This document shows positions 33,971 to 43,705 of a stretch of DNA of 64,000 bases, in pieces. Source of the DNA: Thermodesulfobacteriota bacterium (GTDB lineage Bacteria > Desulfobacterota > Desulfobacteria > Desulfobacterales > C00003060). The notes below the pieces were generated by a model. That model had not been told where the DNA came from. It did not search any database and saw only the letters and a list, made by a program, of their open reading frames with translations. The stretch is taken from positions 185,893 through 249,892 of the forward strand of contig JAXHVD010000002.1 in assembly GCA_034189385.1 (NCBI GenBank), in the 5' to 3' direction. The first letter of the stretch is position 1. Each line of letters begins with the position of its first letter. Both the position numbers and the translations under genes were made by a program.

Positions 33971-35782
33971 ATGAAAACGGATCGGTCTGCATTTTTGTTT
34001 CTGACGCTTTTGGCACTGCCCATTTTAATCCTGGTTGGCGCCCCTCATGTTTATGCGCTCGGCCATTACGGCATTCCCGGTACCCTGGACGGTTGTGATG
34101 TGTGCCATGATTTCGCCGGTGGCTATTATGACAGCCCCACGTTGGGCAATCTTCGGTGGGTCAACTCCTCTATCGAATGGCCCTTGGGTACGGTCCACTC
34201 GCCCGTCAAGTTTACCATTTTTTCGAGCACTCTCCCTGCCGACGGGACCATGGGTGATGGCGACGACTTGACGCTGGATGGTCCCTGTGAAGTATGCCAT
34301 ACCACAGCAGATTACCACACCAATACAGGCGATGGAACGAACCATTTTGATGGTCAGAACTGCACGGCCTGTCATCCCCACTTTGCAAATGACATTATCA
34401 ATTACTTCGAGCCCCGTTTCATTGGCACGCAATCCCATATCACCCACTGGACAGATCCAAAGGGGCCTCAACTGGGAGAGGATACCTGCACGGTGTGTCA
34501 TTACGCAAGCGATTTTAGCCGGTTTGCCGACGGAGAACTCTTAGCCGACACGGCCATTTGTGATGGCTGCCATAGCCGTTACGGGGCCTATAACGGGGTG
34601 GACGATACCACCGTCGGGGCCAAGGCCAACTGGGAGGAAGGGATCTACGAAGCGAACGGGTCCGACCTGAAACCCGGAAAAGACGATTGGTGTGCCACCT
34701 GCCATGACAACGGGACCTCCACCGTGAATGGGGTCGATGCCCCCAATGTGATGGGCGATAACACCACCTATGGCTACAACCTGTCCGGTCACGGAGAATA
34801 TGCTCTTTTGTGTAAAGACTGTCACAGCTACACTGTGTTGCACACAGACGGTGATGCAAGAACGTACGCGGCTGCAAGCAATAACTACCGGGACGGGTAC
34901 AGGCTGAACGAAGACATGGCTGTTCCCCGAAATGGTGAGATCCATCCGCAAGCCTTCAGGCTTTGCACCAACTGCCATACCTATACAGACATCACCGGGC
35001 CCACAAGCAACTTCAGGGATGATGGAAAGGGCCTGCAGTTTCATGAAATGCACCTCAACTGGTGGCCTGCCTTTATTTGTGCGGACTCGGATTTTGATGG
35101 TGTAGGCTGCAGTTCAGGGATCTGTAAGGATTCTGCCATGACTTGTATCAACTGTCACAATGTTCATGGGTCGCCCACAGCGCCTATGATCCGCCACGGA
35201 GAGCTGATGAGCACTCCGGGTACGAGTGACAAAGTGCCTGCTTTGGATTTCCGTTGGTATAAGGCAGACGGTACGACGCAGACAACGGTACTGGAGGAGA
35301 GTCTTTATGGTGGTCTGATTTGCGGGCTGATGCCCGATGTCTCGGTGAACCATGTCTGCTCTGGTTGCCACACCACCGCGCAGTTAAAGTGGTACAGAAC
35401 CCCTGGAGGCCCTCTGGGCGTCACGGTGGAAGCGGTGTGGACCAGTACCCTGGCCGATGTCACCAAGACGGTATTTGCTCCCAATGAAGATATCCGGTAT
35501 CACGCGCGTTTTAAGATTGTCGGGTCAGGCTCATACTTTGTGAAGGCCGCTGATTCAAAGGCAAAGAGCACTTCCGGGATATTTTGGAAAACCGAACTCG
35601 ATCCAAAAAAGTTGACCCTCTCTGAAGGCACCTATGAGTGGACCTGGGATGAGGCCATTCCGGGAACGGCCACCCCAGGTTCAGGGGCAAAGCTCGTTGT
35701 TCTTATGAAGATGTTTGACGCCCCGGGAGGCACCTTACTGAGTAAAGAGAAAAAGACTGCAACCTTTAGCATCGCCCCATAG
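33971..35782 (+). CDS. Secreted decaheme cytochrome c with a C-terminal Ig-like domain
   Basis: Signal peptide (VYA). 10 CxxCH: CDVCH, CEVCH, CTACH, CTVCH, CDGCH, CATCH, CKDCH, CTNCH, CINCH, CSGCH. Core is homologous to the modules of 6918..9848. Confidence 0.92.
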   Translation: MKTDRSAFLFLTLLALPILILVGAPHVYALGHYGIPGTLDGCDVCHDFAGGYYDSPTLGNLRWVNSSIEWPLGTVHSPVKFTIFSSTLPADGTMGDGDDLTLDGPCEVCHTTADYHTNTGDGTNHFDGQNCTACHPHFANDIINYFEPRFIGTQSHITHWTDPKGPQLGEDTCTVCHYASDFSRFADGELLADTAICDGCHSRYGAYNGVDDTTVGAKANWEEGIYEANGSDLKPGKDDWCATCHDNGTSTVNGVDAPNVMGDNTTYGYNLSGHGEYALLCKDCHSYTVLHTDGDARTYAAASNNYRDGYRLNEDMAVPRNGEIHPQAFRLCTNCHTYTDITGPTSNFRDDGKGLQFHEMHLNWWPAFICADSDFDGVGCSSGICKDSAMTCINCHNVHGSPTAPMIRHGELMSTPGTSDKVPALDFRWYKADGTTQTTVLEESLYGGLICGLMPDVSVNHVCSGCHTTAQLKWYRTPGGPLGVTVEAVWTSTLADVTKTVFAPNEDIRYHARFKIVGSGSYFVKAADSKAKSTSGIFWKTELDPKKLTLSEGTYEWTWDEAIPGTATPGSGAKLVVLMKMFDAPGGTLLSKEKKTATFSIAP

Positions 35783-36169
35783 AAGAGAGGCGTGAACTTT
35801 GCATGTCTTCTAGCCATGGGGCCATATGTCCAGAACGAATCGTCACAGGGCGGTTCAACTGGCAACGCGAGGGCCATTCCTGTAGCTGCAATCGGCTCTC
35901 CATCACTCCACTACTCCAAGCCCCCATGCTGAGCAAAGAGCATTTTCATGCATGTGGTGTGCATGTGTGAGTAACAGATCCTTTGCGTTGATGCGTCCAC
36001 ATCCCTGCCCGGGCATGCTTTACAGATCCTACACATGGGGGATAAGCCCGAACTACCAGATATTGCAAAGTCTTCTCATTTGACACGCCAGTCAGTTTTC
36101 GCTATAGTCCGCGCACGGAAAAACAAGTGCTTGTCACTTCAATACTGATTTTGTTCTCGGAGTGAACGA

Positions 36170-38002
36170 ATGGATTTCGTCTTTATATCCATGCCCTATT
36201 CGAAGTTTGATTCCAAATGGTTCGCCCATGTTCCCAACATCAATCTGGGTATGGTGGAAGCCTTCTTGACGAACAAGGGAAAACGGGCAAAGAGCTTTCA
36301 TTTCCACCTGAAGTTCTTGGCCCATTTGAGGGGGTTTGATCCAGAGATTCGAGATAATTTGGTCAAGCTGTCAGACCCATTTGGAGTGGAATACCTGGGC
36401 TTGGACTATCTGTTTGCATCCCTTCTCTTTGAAGAAAGGTACTCCCTATCAAGGGAGCGGTTTGAAGAGCGCCTCCACGCCATTGGATTGACGTTGAACG
36501 ACTTTGAGGCCTTGCGGGAGGTCGCAAGGGCATTTATCGAAGACGTCTTTTCCGAGCTCTTGCCATACCTGGAAGGAACAAGGCTTGTTGGTTTTAGCTG
36601 TTCTCACTATCAACTGAGCGGTACCTTGCTCATGTGCTCCAAGATAAAGAATGCCTGCCCCGATACCCTGACTTTGGTGGGTGGGAAGGACTGTTCGGGT
36701 GCCTTTGCGCCTGAGTTACTGTCTAACACAGACTTGGTGGATTTTGTAGGCATCGGCGAGTGCGAAGTCACCATCGCGAGTGTACTGGATCATGTCCATG
36801 ATCGGAAAAAGCCTCTCTATAACGTCGTCTACAGGGACGCAGGGGGTGGAATAGGCAAATCGGAATCAAAGGAGAACCTTTCCCTTCAGTCGCTTCCCTT
36901 TCCAGCATATGATCTTGAAGATTTTTCCATAGAGGCACAAGAAGTTATCTTACCGATTGAGCTGGGGAGGGGGTGTCCGTGGGGAAAATGCACGTTTTGC
37001 CCGGACAAATCGTACAACATCCGATGTCAGTCAAAGACTGCACACCAAGTCACGACAGAGATAGAGCACTACCAGCAACTCTCAAGAGACCTCAGAAATT
37101 TCATCATCCTGGATTCCGATGCCCTGAAAATCCCAAAGATGATCATAGAGCTGTCAAAGTCTCTGGAAGGAAAGGGCCTGTCCTTTCACTTCGCAGAATT
37201 TCGGGCAGAGAAGATGGGAAAGAAGGTGCTGGAGTCCCTCTTGCGCTTTGGCACCTGGGTGTCACAATTTCAAGTGGGCATTGAAACCTTTAGCGACAGG
37301 GTCTTGAAGCTGATGAAAAAAGGGGTCGGCGCCTTGAAGAATGTGGAAGTCCTGAAGATGGCCGCTGAGTCGGGAGTGCCCTTACAGTTCAATCTCTTTA
37401 CGTGTTTTCCCAAGATGACGACCGAGGACCTGATGGAAAACTTAAGGGTGATGGATCTTATTACGCACTTATTGGTTACCAAAAATATCTCCATCCACCC
37501 GGCGGAATTCTATTTGCCCACAGACTGTCCCATTTTTGAGAATATTGGGCATTACGGCCTGGAGAAACACAGTGCTTCGATCTTTTCAGACATCTTTGAG
37601 GACTTTCCCATGCCGTCTTATTCAAACTATCCATACCCCTACCAGTTTGATAATGATGAAGAGCAATTTGAGATGTCTATGATGTTCAGAAAGAAAGTAG
37701 AGGAGATTGAAAGAAAAAGCCCCGGCGAAAACTTCATTTTCTACAAGAGGGCTTCAAAGGGCCTGCAGATCGCGGCGTGCCGGGATGGGAGGCATGTGAC
37801 TCATATCCTCACGCCCGGAGAGGAGGAGGTGTATCTGTCGGCCATTGAGAAGGTGCAACGAATCAGGACACTATCCAAAAAGTTGGGGGTCTCCTCAGCC
37901 GACCTCTGTTCCATGCTCGATGCATTTGAGCAAAAGGGCTTGATACTCTACTCTTCCGATAGAAAATCCTTCCTCTCCCTGGCCACAAGAGAGCGTCACT
38001 GA
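36170..38002 (+). CDS. B12-binding radical SAM protein resembling RiPP-maturation C-methyltransferases
   Basis: FISMPY..PNINLG N-terminus, LVGFS, VGG, GECE, RGCPWGKCTFC, QVGIETFS..LKLMKKG, and a C-terminal wHTH-like segment. Confidence 0.75.
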   Translation: MDFVFISMPYSKFDSKWFAHVPNINLGMVEAFLTNKGKRAKSFHFHLKFLAHLRGFDPEIRDNLVKLSDPFGVEYLGLDYLFASLLFEERYSLSRERFEERLHAIGLTLNDFEALREVARAFIEDVFSELLPYLEGTRLVGFSCSHYQLSGTLLMCSKIKNACPDTLTLVGGKDCSGAFAPELLSNTDLVDFVGIGECEVTIASVLDHVHDRKKPLYNVVYRDAGGGIGKSESKENLSLQSLPFPAYDLEDFSIEAQEVILPIELGRGCPWGKCTFCPDKSYNIRCQSKTAHQVTTEIEHYQQLSRDLRNFIILDSDALKIPKMIIELSKSLEGKGLSFHFAEFRAEKMGKKVLESLLRFGTWVSQFQVGIETFSDRVLKLMKKGVGALKNVEVLKMAAESGVPLQFNLFTCFPKMTTEDLMENLRVMDLITHLLVTKNISIHPAEFYLPTDCPIFENIGHYGLEKHSASIFSDIFEDFPMPSYSNYPYPYQFDNDEEQFEMSMMFRKKVEEIERKSPGENFIFYKRASKGLQIAACRDGRHVTHILTPGEEEVYLSAIEKVQRIRTLSKKLGVSSADLCSMLDAFEQKGLILYSSDRKSFLSLATRERH

Positions 38003-38089
38003 AAGATAAAATGCGCGCTTTGTACCCGCTGGTTTTGCTCCATCGGGGCAACGAAAGCTAAGCCAAATCCCAGTGCGAAATCTGCCAAG

Positions 38090-38494
38090 TTATTCTTGGG
38101 TGAGCACTAGGTCATGTTTCTGTAACATTTCTCTGGCAGCATGATAGTCATCTTCGTCTATCTTGAGAAATTTGCCCGTATCACAATACTGAATCAAGGC
38201 AGCTCGTTGGTCGCCAACGACCACACAATAGTACGTTGTCTTGTCCCATTTCGGAAGCTGATGGAGTTCTACCTTCAACTCAAAGTCCGTCTCGATGCTT
38301 TCTTCTTGACCTTCAGATGTAATGCTCATGAGACAAAGGATATCCTCTACGATTCTTGCTGGCCCCGTTATCCACGAGACTTTTTCATCTTTTGAATCCC
38401 AGGCCCTGTATTGATAATCTCCGTCCTCATTTTGCCAAATGGCGTATTCTTGTAAGTGATACGCTCGCTCTTTATCAGCCAGCAATTTTGTCAT
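38090..38494 (-). CDS. Hypothetical protein
   Basis: 134-aa ORF with a GGGGCGG RBS-like site, co-oriented with 38554..39381. Confidence 0.65.
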   Translation of the reverse strand: MTKLLADKERAYHLQEYAIWQNEDGDYQYRAWDSKDEKVSWITGPARIVEDILCLMSITSEGQEESIETDFELKVELHQLPKWDKTTYYCVVVGDQRAALIQYCDTGKFLKIDEDDYHAAREMLQKHDLVLTQE

Positions 38495-38553
38495 ACCGCC
38501 CCCTTAGTGCTATCCGTTAGCCCCATTATTTCCGCATCCAGTTCTATCAACCA

Positions 38554-39381
38554 TCATTTTTCTTCTTTTTCCGGCAAAAACCTGAAAATCCCCCGGAGCA
38601 TCTCTCTCCGGCTCATGCTCTTCTTGGACGCCTGGTCCAACTTGCGCCAGGGATTGAATTCAGTCCTTTGTTTGCCCTTTTTGCGGACCGTTTTGGGGGG
38701 AGTCCTTTGTTTCGCCTTGGCCGCTTTTTCCATCTCCATAAGGTTGGAGTCTGTGGTGTCTGCGCCTTCGTTAAACTCAACGTCACTTAGATCCACCAAT
38801 TGGCTGAAACGCGTACCCTTGAAGGCGGCCTTCTTTTTGAAGGTGGATCTACTAAAATCGACTTGGCCTGCGAATCTGGCATGGTCGAAGACGATGTCGC
38901 CCTTAAAAACACAGGATACAAAGGCCGCTCCGTTTTCAAACGTAGCCCTGGCAAAGCTCACCCCGCTATGAAACGTACAATCCTCAAAGCGAATCTCTTT
39001 CTTGAAAATAGACTGGGTAAAATCCGCCTTTTTCTGAAAAGCTGCATCCCAAAAGATCAGTTGTCCACCCAAGATGCCTTTTTTGAAATAGACCTCTTCC
39101 GTAAAGACTGATTCATCAACGCACATGTCAACATTGATGGAATCAATCTCCACTTCATTCAGTACACACTCTTCAATGGTGATGGGTCTAATATGCTGGT
39201 TTGCAAGGGCGGTGATCTCCCCAAGGTTCGAAATGGACTTTCCCTCGATGATAATGTTGGAGTCAGCTCCTGTTTTCTCTCCATGATAGAGATCTTCCAG
39301 GTCTTCGGCAGTGAATGCAGGGATATCTTCACTGGGTTCAAGGTCGTCCATGTGATCATTGTCTACGTCATCTTCATACAT
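38554..39381 (-). CDS. Pentapeptide-repeat protein (AxFxxAxF type)
   Basis: ADFTQSIF, VSFARATFENGAAFVSCVF, VFDHARFAGQVDFSRSTFKKKAAFKGTRF. Confidence 0.8.
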   Translation of the reverse strand: MYEDDVDNDHMDDLEPSEDIPAFTAEDLEDLYHGEKTGADSNIIIEGKSISNLGEITALANQHIRPITIEECVLNEVEIDSINVDMCVDESVFTEEVYFKKGILGGQLIFWDAAFQKKADFTQSIFKKEIRFEDCTFHSGVSFARATFENGAAFVSCVFKGDIVFDHARFAGQVDFSRSTFKKKAAFKGTRFSQLVDLSDVEFNEGADTTDSNLMEMEKAAKAKQRTPPKTVRKKGKQRTEFNPWRKLDQASKKSMSRREMLRGIFRFLPEKEEK

Positions 39382-39578
39382 GTTGCTGTCCCCCGGGCGG
39401 ATTTCCCACCTTCTTTTGCAATGTAAGATAATGTAAGATATATTATGGTTTTTAGCAAGAAGAAGGCATGGTGAACCGATTAAGCGAGCGCATTCCCCGT
39501 AGGTTCCGCCTGACGGCAGTGCTTCGCGGGCTGCGGGGTTAGCGAGCGTATATAAAATGAGACATATTCCTTACGGTC

Positions 39579-39612
39579 GAAGATTCCCTGCAGCTTGCTG
39601 CAGGGAATCTTC
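39579..39612. repeat. REP-like perfect palindrome (core repeated at 53301-53318)
   Basis: GAAGATTCCCTGCAGC-TT-GCTGCAGGGAATCTTC; CCTGCAGCTTGCTGCAGG recurs at 53301. Confidence 0.65.
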
Positions 39613-39830
39613 AATCATTATCCAGCCCCATACATGATAGGGGCCTCATTTTTGCAATAGAGGACGGCTAACGTACCAAAAGAGTGCAAGGTCGTTTAAC
39701 GGGTGCAAGAAGGGAAAGCAACACAAGATGTTTGATGCCTTAGATTGGTTGGCGGCCATGTGTTGTGGTATCAGCCCGAAAGAGATTCTATGCTAACCCC
39801 ACTTAGCGTCAACGGGCCACTGTGTATTAT

Positions 39831-39896
39831 AAGTAGTTTTCCCATTCAAAATACGGTATTTTCACCGCCAAAATACGTAATTCTCGCAATTGCGTC
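39831..39896 (+). promoter_or_regulatory. Conserved tripartite upstream motif, copy D
   Basis: AAGTAGTTTTCCC..GGTATTTTC..ATACGTAATTCTCGCAATTGCGTC; very similar to copy A. Cores at 39833, 39856 and 39877, AATTG at 39888. Confidence 0.65.
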
Positions 39897-40091
39897 ATTA
39901 TACGATTTCGCATAGGGTTAGACAACTTCGAGAAAGCCTGAGGTTCGGCCTTATAAAGGATGGGCCTGTTAAATGACCGGGATTTGGAGTTTCAACGATG
40001 AGCGCGTTCTTGCATTCATGGAATGTTGGAATGCTGCCATCTCCATTGGGGAGCAAAGCAAAGTCAATGTTTCCCAAAAGTTAGGTGATTG

Positions 40092-41789
40092 ATGATGAAA
40101 AAAGTATTGGTTATGGGCCTAGATGGAGCGACCTTTGATCTTATCAAGCCATGGGTTCGCGCGGGGAAGTTGCCGACATTTGAGAGGCTGATGAAACAAG
40201 GGGCCTACGGGGAGTTGGAATCAACTGTTCACCCCATGAGTTCCATTGCCTGGCCTTCTTTCATGACGGGAATGAACCCTGGAAAGCATGGGCTTTTTGA
40301 CGTCACCGAACAGTTGCCCGGCAGTTATGACATCAAGTTTACGAGCGGGGCGTCGCGATGTGGGAAGACCGTGTGGGGACTGCTCAGCGATGTTGGTAAG
40401 TCGGCGGGAGTCATCAATGTGCCCATGACCTATCCCCCGGAAAAGGTAAACGGGTATCTTATCGCTGGGATGGATGCTCCAGGCATGGAGAGCCACTTCA
40501 TCTACCCCGAGGCGCTGTGGGACGAGATCAAGGAACACGCAGGAGGATATTGTATCGAACATGGAAACCCCATGAGCAACAGAAGCCTGGGCGAATTTGA
40601 ACAAGACGTAAAACAGGCGATGGAACAGAGATACGCGGCCTTTAAGTACCTGAGGGAGCATCACCCAACAGACTTGTTGGTGTGCGTTTTTGTGGCCACG
40701 GACAGGGTTCACCATTTCTTTTGGAAGCATATGGAAGAACAGGCCCAGTCGGAGGCCGGCACAGCTCCTTCAAGGTTTGGCAATGTCATCCTCGACATCT
40801 ATCAAAGGTGTGACGGCATCCTTGAAGAGATCATCGACAGCTTAGATGACGACACCGTGCTTCTGATTATGTCCGATCACGGGGCAGGGCCCCTTCGTAA
40901 ACTCGTGAACTTAAATGCCTGGCTCAACAGCCAAGGCTTGCTGCGGATGAAGGATCAAGGGGACGGCCATGGTCACCTGCTGGCGGATCTGAAGCAGAGT
41001 CCTTTCAAAGTGGCCAGGGTTGGCTGGAGGATATTGAAACGTTACCTGCCCGATCGATACAAGTCACTGTTGAACAAACTGTTGCCAACCACAAAAGATC
41101 GTCTGGCAACGTATCTCTTTTTATCGCGCATTGATTGGGCTGCAACCAAGGCCTATTCCATAGGTTATTTTGGCGACATCCGAATCAATGTAAAAGGCAG
41201 AGAGCCCAACGGTATTGTCGATCCTGGCAGTGAATACGAGGAGCTTCGAGAAGAGCTTGTTGCCAAGTTGGAGGCCCTGAGAGACCCTGATACGGGAGGA
41301 CAAATGGTGGATAAAGTCTACAAGAGGGAAGAACTCTACCGCGGTGACCATGTGCACAAGGCCTCGGACCTTATCATCAAATGGCAAGACTACGAGTACA
41401 AATCAAGAATAAACCTGGAAGTGGATGACAAGGTTAGCGCATCCCAAATCATGATCGACCCTGCCACAGACAGCAAGGTCTCGTCCATTCACAGAATGAA
41501 CGGCATCTTTATGGCCTTTGGAAAGGATGTGAAACAGGGCGTCGAGATCAAGGGGGCCCGTATCATCGATCTGGCGCCCACCATGCTGTACTTCTTGGAT
41601 GAACCGGTGCCGGATTCCATGGACGGCGAGGTACTGACCAGAGCGTTTGAAGAGAGCATTTTTGATCAAACCCCAATAAGGTATCGCAAGGGCGAGGAAG
41701 GCGACCTTTCGCCACAGGAAAGCCCTTACACGGATGAGGAGGCCGAGCAGATCAAGGATAGGTTGCAGGGCCTGGGGTACATTGATTGA
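40092..41789 (+). CDS. Alkaline-phosphatase-superfamily (type I phosphodiesterase / nucleotide pyrophosphatase-like) protein 1
   Basis: GLDGAT, STVHPMSSIAWPSFMTGMNPGKHG, MSDHG, IIDLAPT, LGYID end. Confidence 0.92.
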   Translation: MMKKVLVMGLDGATFDLIKPWVRAGKLPTFERLMKQGAYGELESTVHPMSSIAWPSFMTGMNPGKHGLFDVTEQLPGSYDIKFTSGASRCGKTVWGLLSDVGKSAGVINVPMTYPPEKVNGYLIAGMDAPGMESHFIYPEALWDEIKEHAGGYCIEHGNPMSNRSLGEFEQDVKQAMEQRYAAFKYLREHHPTDLLVCVFVATDRVHHFFWKHMEEQAQSEAGTAPSRFGNVILDIYQRCDGILEEIIDSLDDDTVLLIMSDHGAGPLRKLVNLNAWLNSQGLLRMKDQGDGHGHLLADLKQSPFKVARVGWRILKRYLPDRYKSLLNKLLPTTKDRLATYLFLSRIDWAATKAYSIGYFGDIRINVKGREPNGIVDPGSEYEELREELVAKLEALRDPDTGGQMVDKVYKREELYRGDHVHKASDLIIKWQDYEYKSRINLEVDDKVSASQIMIDPATDSKVSSIHRMNGIFMAFGKDVKQGVEIKGARIIDLAPTMLYFLDEPVPDSMDGEVLTRAFEESIFDQTPIRYRKGEEGDLSPQESPYTDEEAEQIKDRLQGLGYID

Positions 41790-42027
41790 GGGGAAGTGTC
41801 CACTCAAAGCGATCTTCTTGAGCCGACGACAAAAAGTATCGGATAGCCTGAAGCGAAGCGATGGTAGATACGGTAGCTCGATGCTGCTTAGGGAAGAAGA
41901 AGGGATCTCTTGATTCATCCAGTGTCGAGAAACCAATTAGCCAGCATCTTATTCTTTGGGGCGGGGCACTATTGCAAGAAACTTGAAACCTATTTTGAGA
42001 TCTTGATCTATGGAGACGCCTGGTACC

Positions 42028-43692
42028 ATGACAGAGGGCAAGGTTTTCGTAATCGGTCTGGACGGAGCCACCTTGGATCTTATAAGACCCTGGGCGAGCG
42101 AGGGCAAACTGCCCCATTTGGCACAAATCATGGCAACAGGGGCCTTTGGCAAGCTTCGTTCCACCATCCATCCTTTGACAGCCCCTGCTTGGACATCCTT
42201 CATGACCGGCAAGAATCCCGGAAAGCACGGGATCTTTGATTTCATCTCCCTTTCTCCCAACAGTTATAATATTAGATACAACAACGCCCTTTCCCGAAAG
42301 TCGGCATCGTTGTGGAAGATCCTGAGTCAGGCGGACAAGAAGGTGATATCTGTGAATGTGCCCTTTACCTTTCCGCCAGAAGAGGTAAACGGCATCTTGA
42401 TTAGCGGACTGGACACGCCGAGTACCAAGAGTCTTTTCACCTATCCTCCATCCGTGGCTGACGACATAAAGAGGCATGTTGGTGAATATGTGATCATGGC
42501 TCAATATAGAAATAGTCGCCGTGCCTATGTTTCAGAGATATTCCGCATGATAGACAGCAGGGTGGCCACGGTTAAATACCTCATGGACAAAGAGCCCTGG
42601 GACTTTTTTATGGTTGTCTTCAGCGCAACGGATGTTGTCCAACACACATTTTGGAAATACATGGATAAAAGTCATCCCCAGCATGTTGCCCAGGAGGCGG
42701 CCGAATACGAGGATGTCATATATCGAGTCTATCAGAGAATGGATCAGGTCATTGGCCGATTGCTTGCCCGTTTGGATGACCAAACAACGCTCATGATTAT
42801 GTCTGATCACGGTTTTGGCCCCCTTAGGAAGGCGGTGTACCTGAACAAGTGGCTGGAGCACGAGAACCTGTTGGAGCCGGCAGCACGGAGTAACAGCGTT
42901 CGGGGTTCCGGTCAGGCTTTGAAGGGCATCCTGGGAAGATGCAAGAAGAACTTGCCCCGAGAGCTGAAAGATGTGGCCATAAGGTTCTTGCCGGGATTGA
43001 AGGCCAGGATCAATTCCTACCTGGTTGGCTCCCACATTGACTGGTCTCGCACGCAAGCCTTCTCTTTTGGCGTTCATGGAAGTATTTTTATCAATCTTGC
43101 TGGCAGACAGCCAAATGGCATTGTCCAGCCAGGGAAAGAATACGAGTCGGTGCGCACCAGGATCATTGACAGGTTGAATCGGCTGACTGATCCTGAAACC
43201 GGAGAGAGAGTCGTGGAGCGGGTCTACCGCCGAGAAGAGCTTTATCATGGAGACTGCGTGGATCTGGCCCCGGATCTGTTGATTGAATGGAAGGATTATG
43301 CCTACACGGCCCAGCAGGATTATGGAGAGGGAGTGAACTCGGTCTTTCAGACGCGCAGCAAGTTTGAGTTTTCCGAAAAGGAGCACAATGGAAGCCACCG
43401 ATTAGACGGTGTCCTCATGATGTGTGGAGGACCGACCGAGCGTGGTGTTGAGCTGCACGGGTGCCACATCGTGGATTTGGCTCCCACGATCCTGCACCTG
43501 ATGGGTACAGGCATTCCTGAAGACATGGACGGGAAGGTGTTAACATCCGCCATGGCTGATGACTATATAGCGGCCCATCCCATTGCATATGGAAGGGCTG
43601 CCGATCATGACATGGATGAAGTGACAAGGACGTATTCAAGTGACGAAGCCGAAAAAATCGGTAACAGATTAAAAGATCTGGGGTATCTATAG
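42028..43692 (+). CDS. Alkaline-phosphatase-superfamily protein 2
   Basis: GLDGAT, STIHPLTAPAWTSFMTGKNPGKHG, MSDHGFG, LGYL end. Start 42010 or 42028. Confidence 0.92.
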   Translation: MTEGKVFVIGLDGATLDLIRPWASEGKLPHLAQIMATGAFGKLRSTIHPLTAPAWTSFMTGKNPGKHGIFDFISLSPNSYNIRYNNALSRKSASLWKILSQADKKVISVNVPFTFPPEEVNGILISGLDTPSTKSLFTYPPSVADDIKRHVGEYVIMAQYRNSRRAYVSEIFRMIDSRVATVKYLMDKEPWDFFMVVFSATDVVQHTFWKYMDKSHPQHVAQEAAEYEDVIYRVYQRMDQVIGRLLARLDDQTTLMIMSDHGFGPLRKAVYLNKWLEHENLLEPAARSNSVRGSGQALKGILGRCKKNLPRELKDVAIRFLPGLKARINSYLVGSHIDWSRTQAFSFGVHGSIFINLAGRQPNGIVQPGKEYESVRTRIIDRLNRLTDPETGERVVERVYRREELYHGDCVDLAPDLLIEWKDYAYTAQQDYGEGVNSVFQTRSKFEFSEKEHNGSHRLDGVLMMCGGPTERGVELHGCHIVDLAPTILHLMGTGIPEDMDGKVLTSAMADDYIAAHPIAYGRAADHDMDEVTRTYSSDEAEKIGNRLKDLGYL

Positions 43693-43705
43693 GGAAAGGA
43701 AGCAT

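Noticed and set aside
35800..36169. RiPP precursor peptide or riboswitch upstream of the radical SAM gene
   Set aside because: No ORF with an RBS and leader-like features, and no recognisable aptamer consensus by eye.
39721..39768. NrdR-box-like sequences (ACACAAGATGTTTG, CCATGTGTTGTGG)
   Set aside because: Weak match, and no ribonucleotide reductase or related gene is adjacent.
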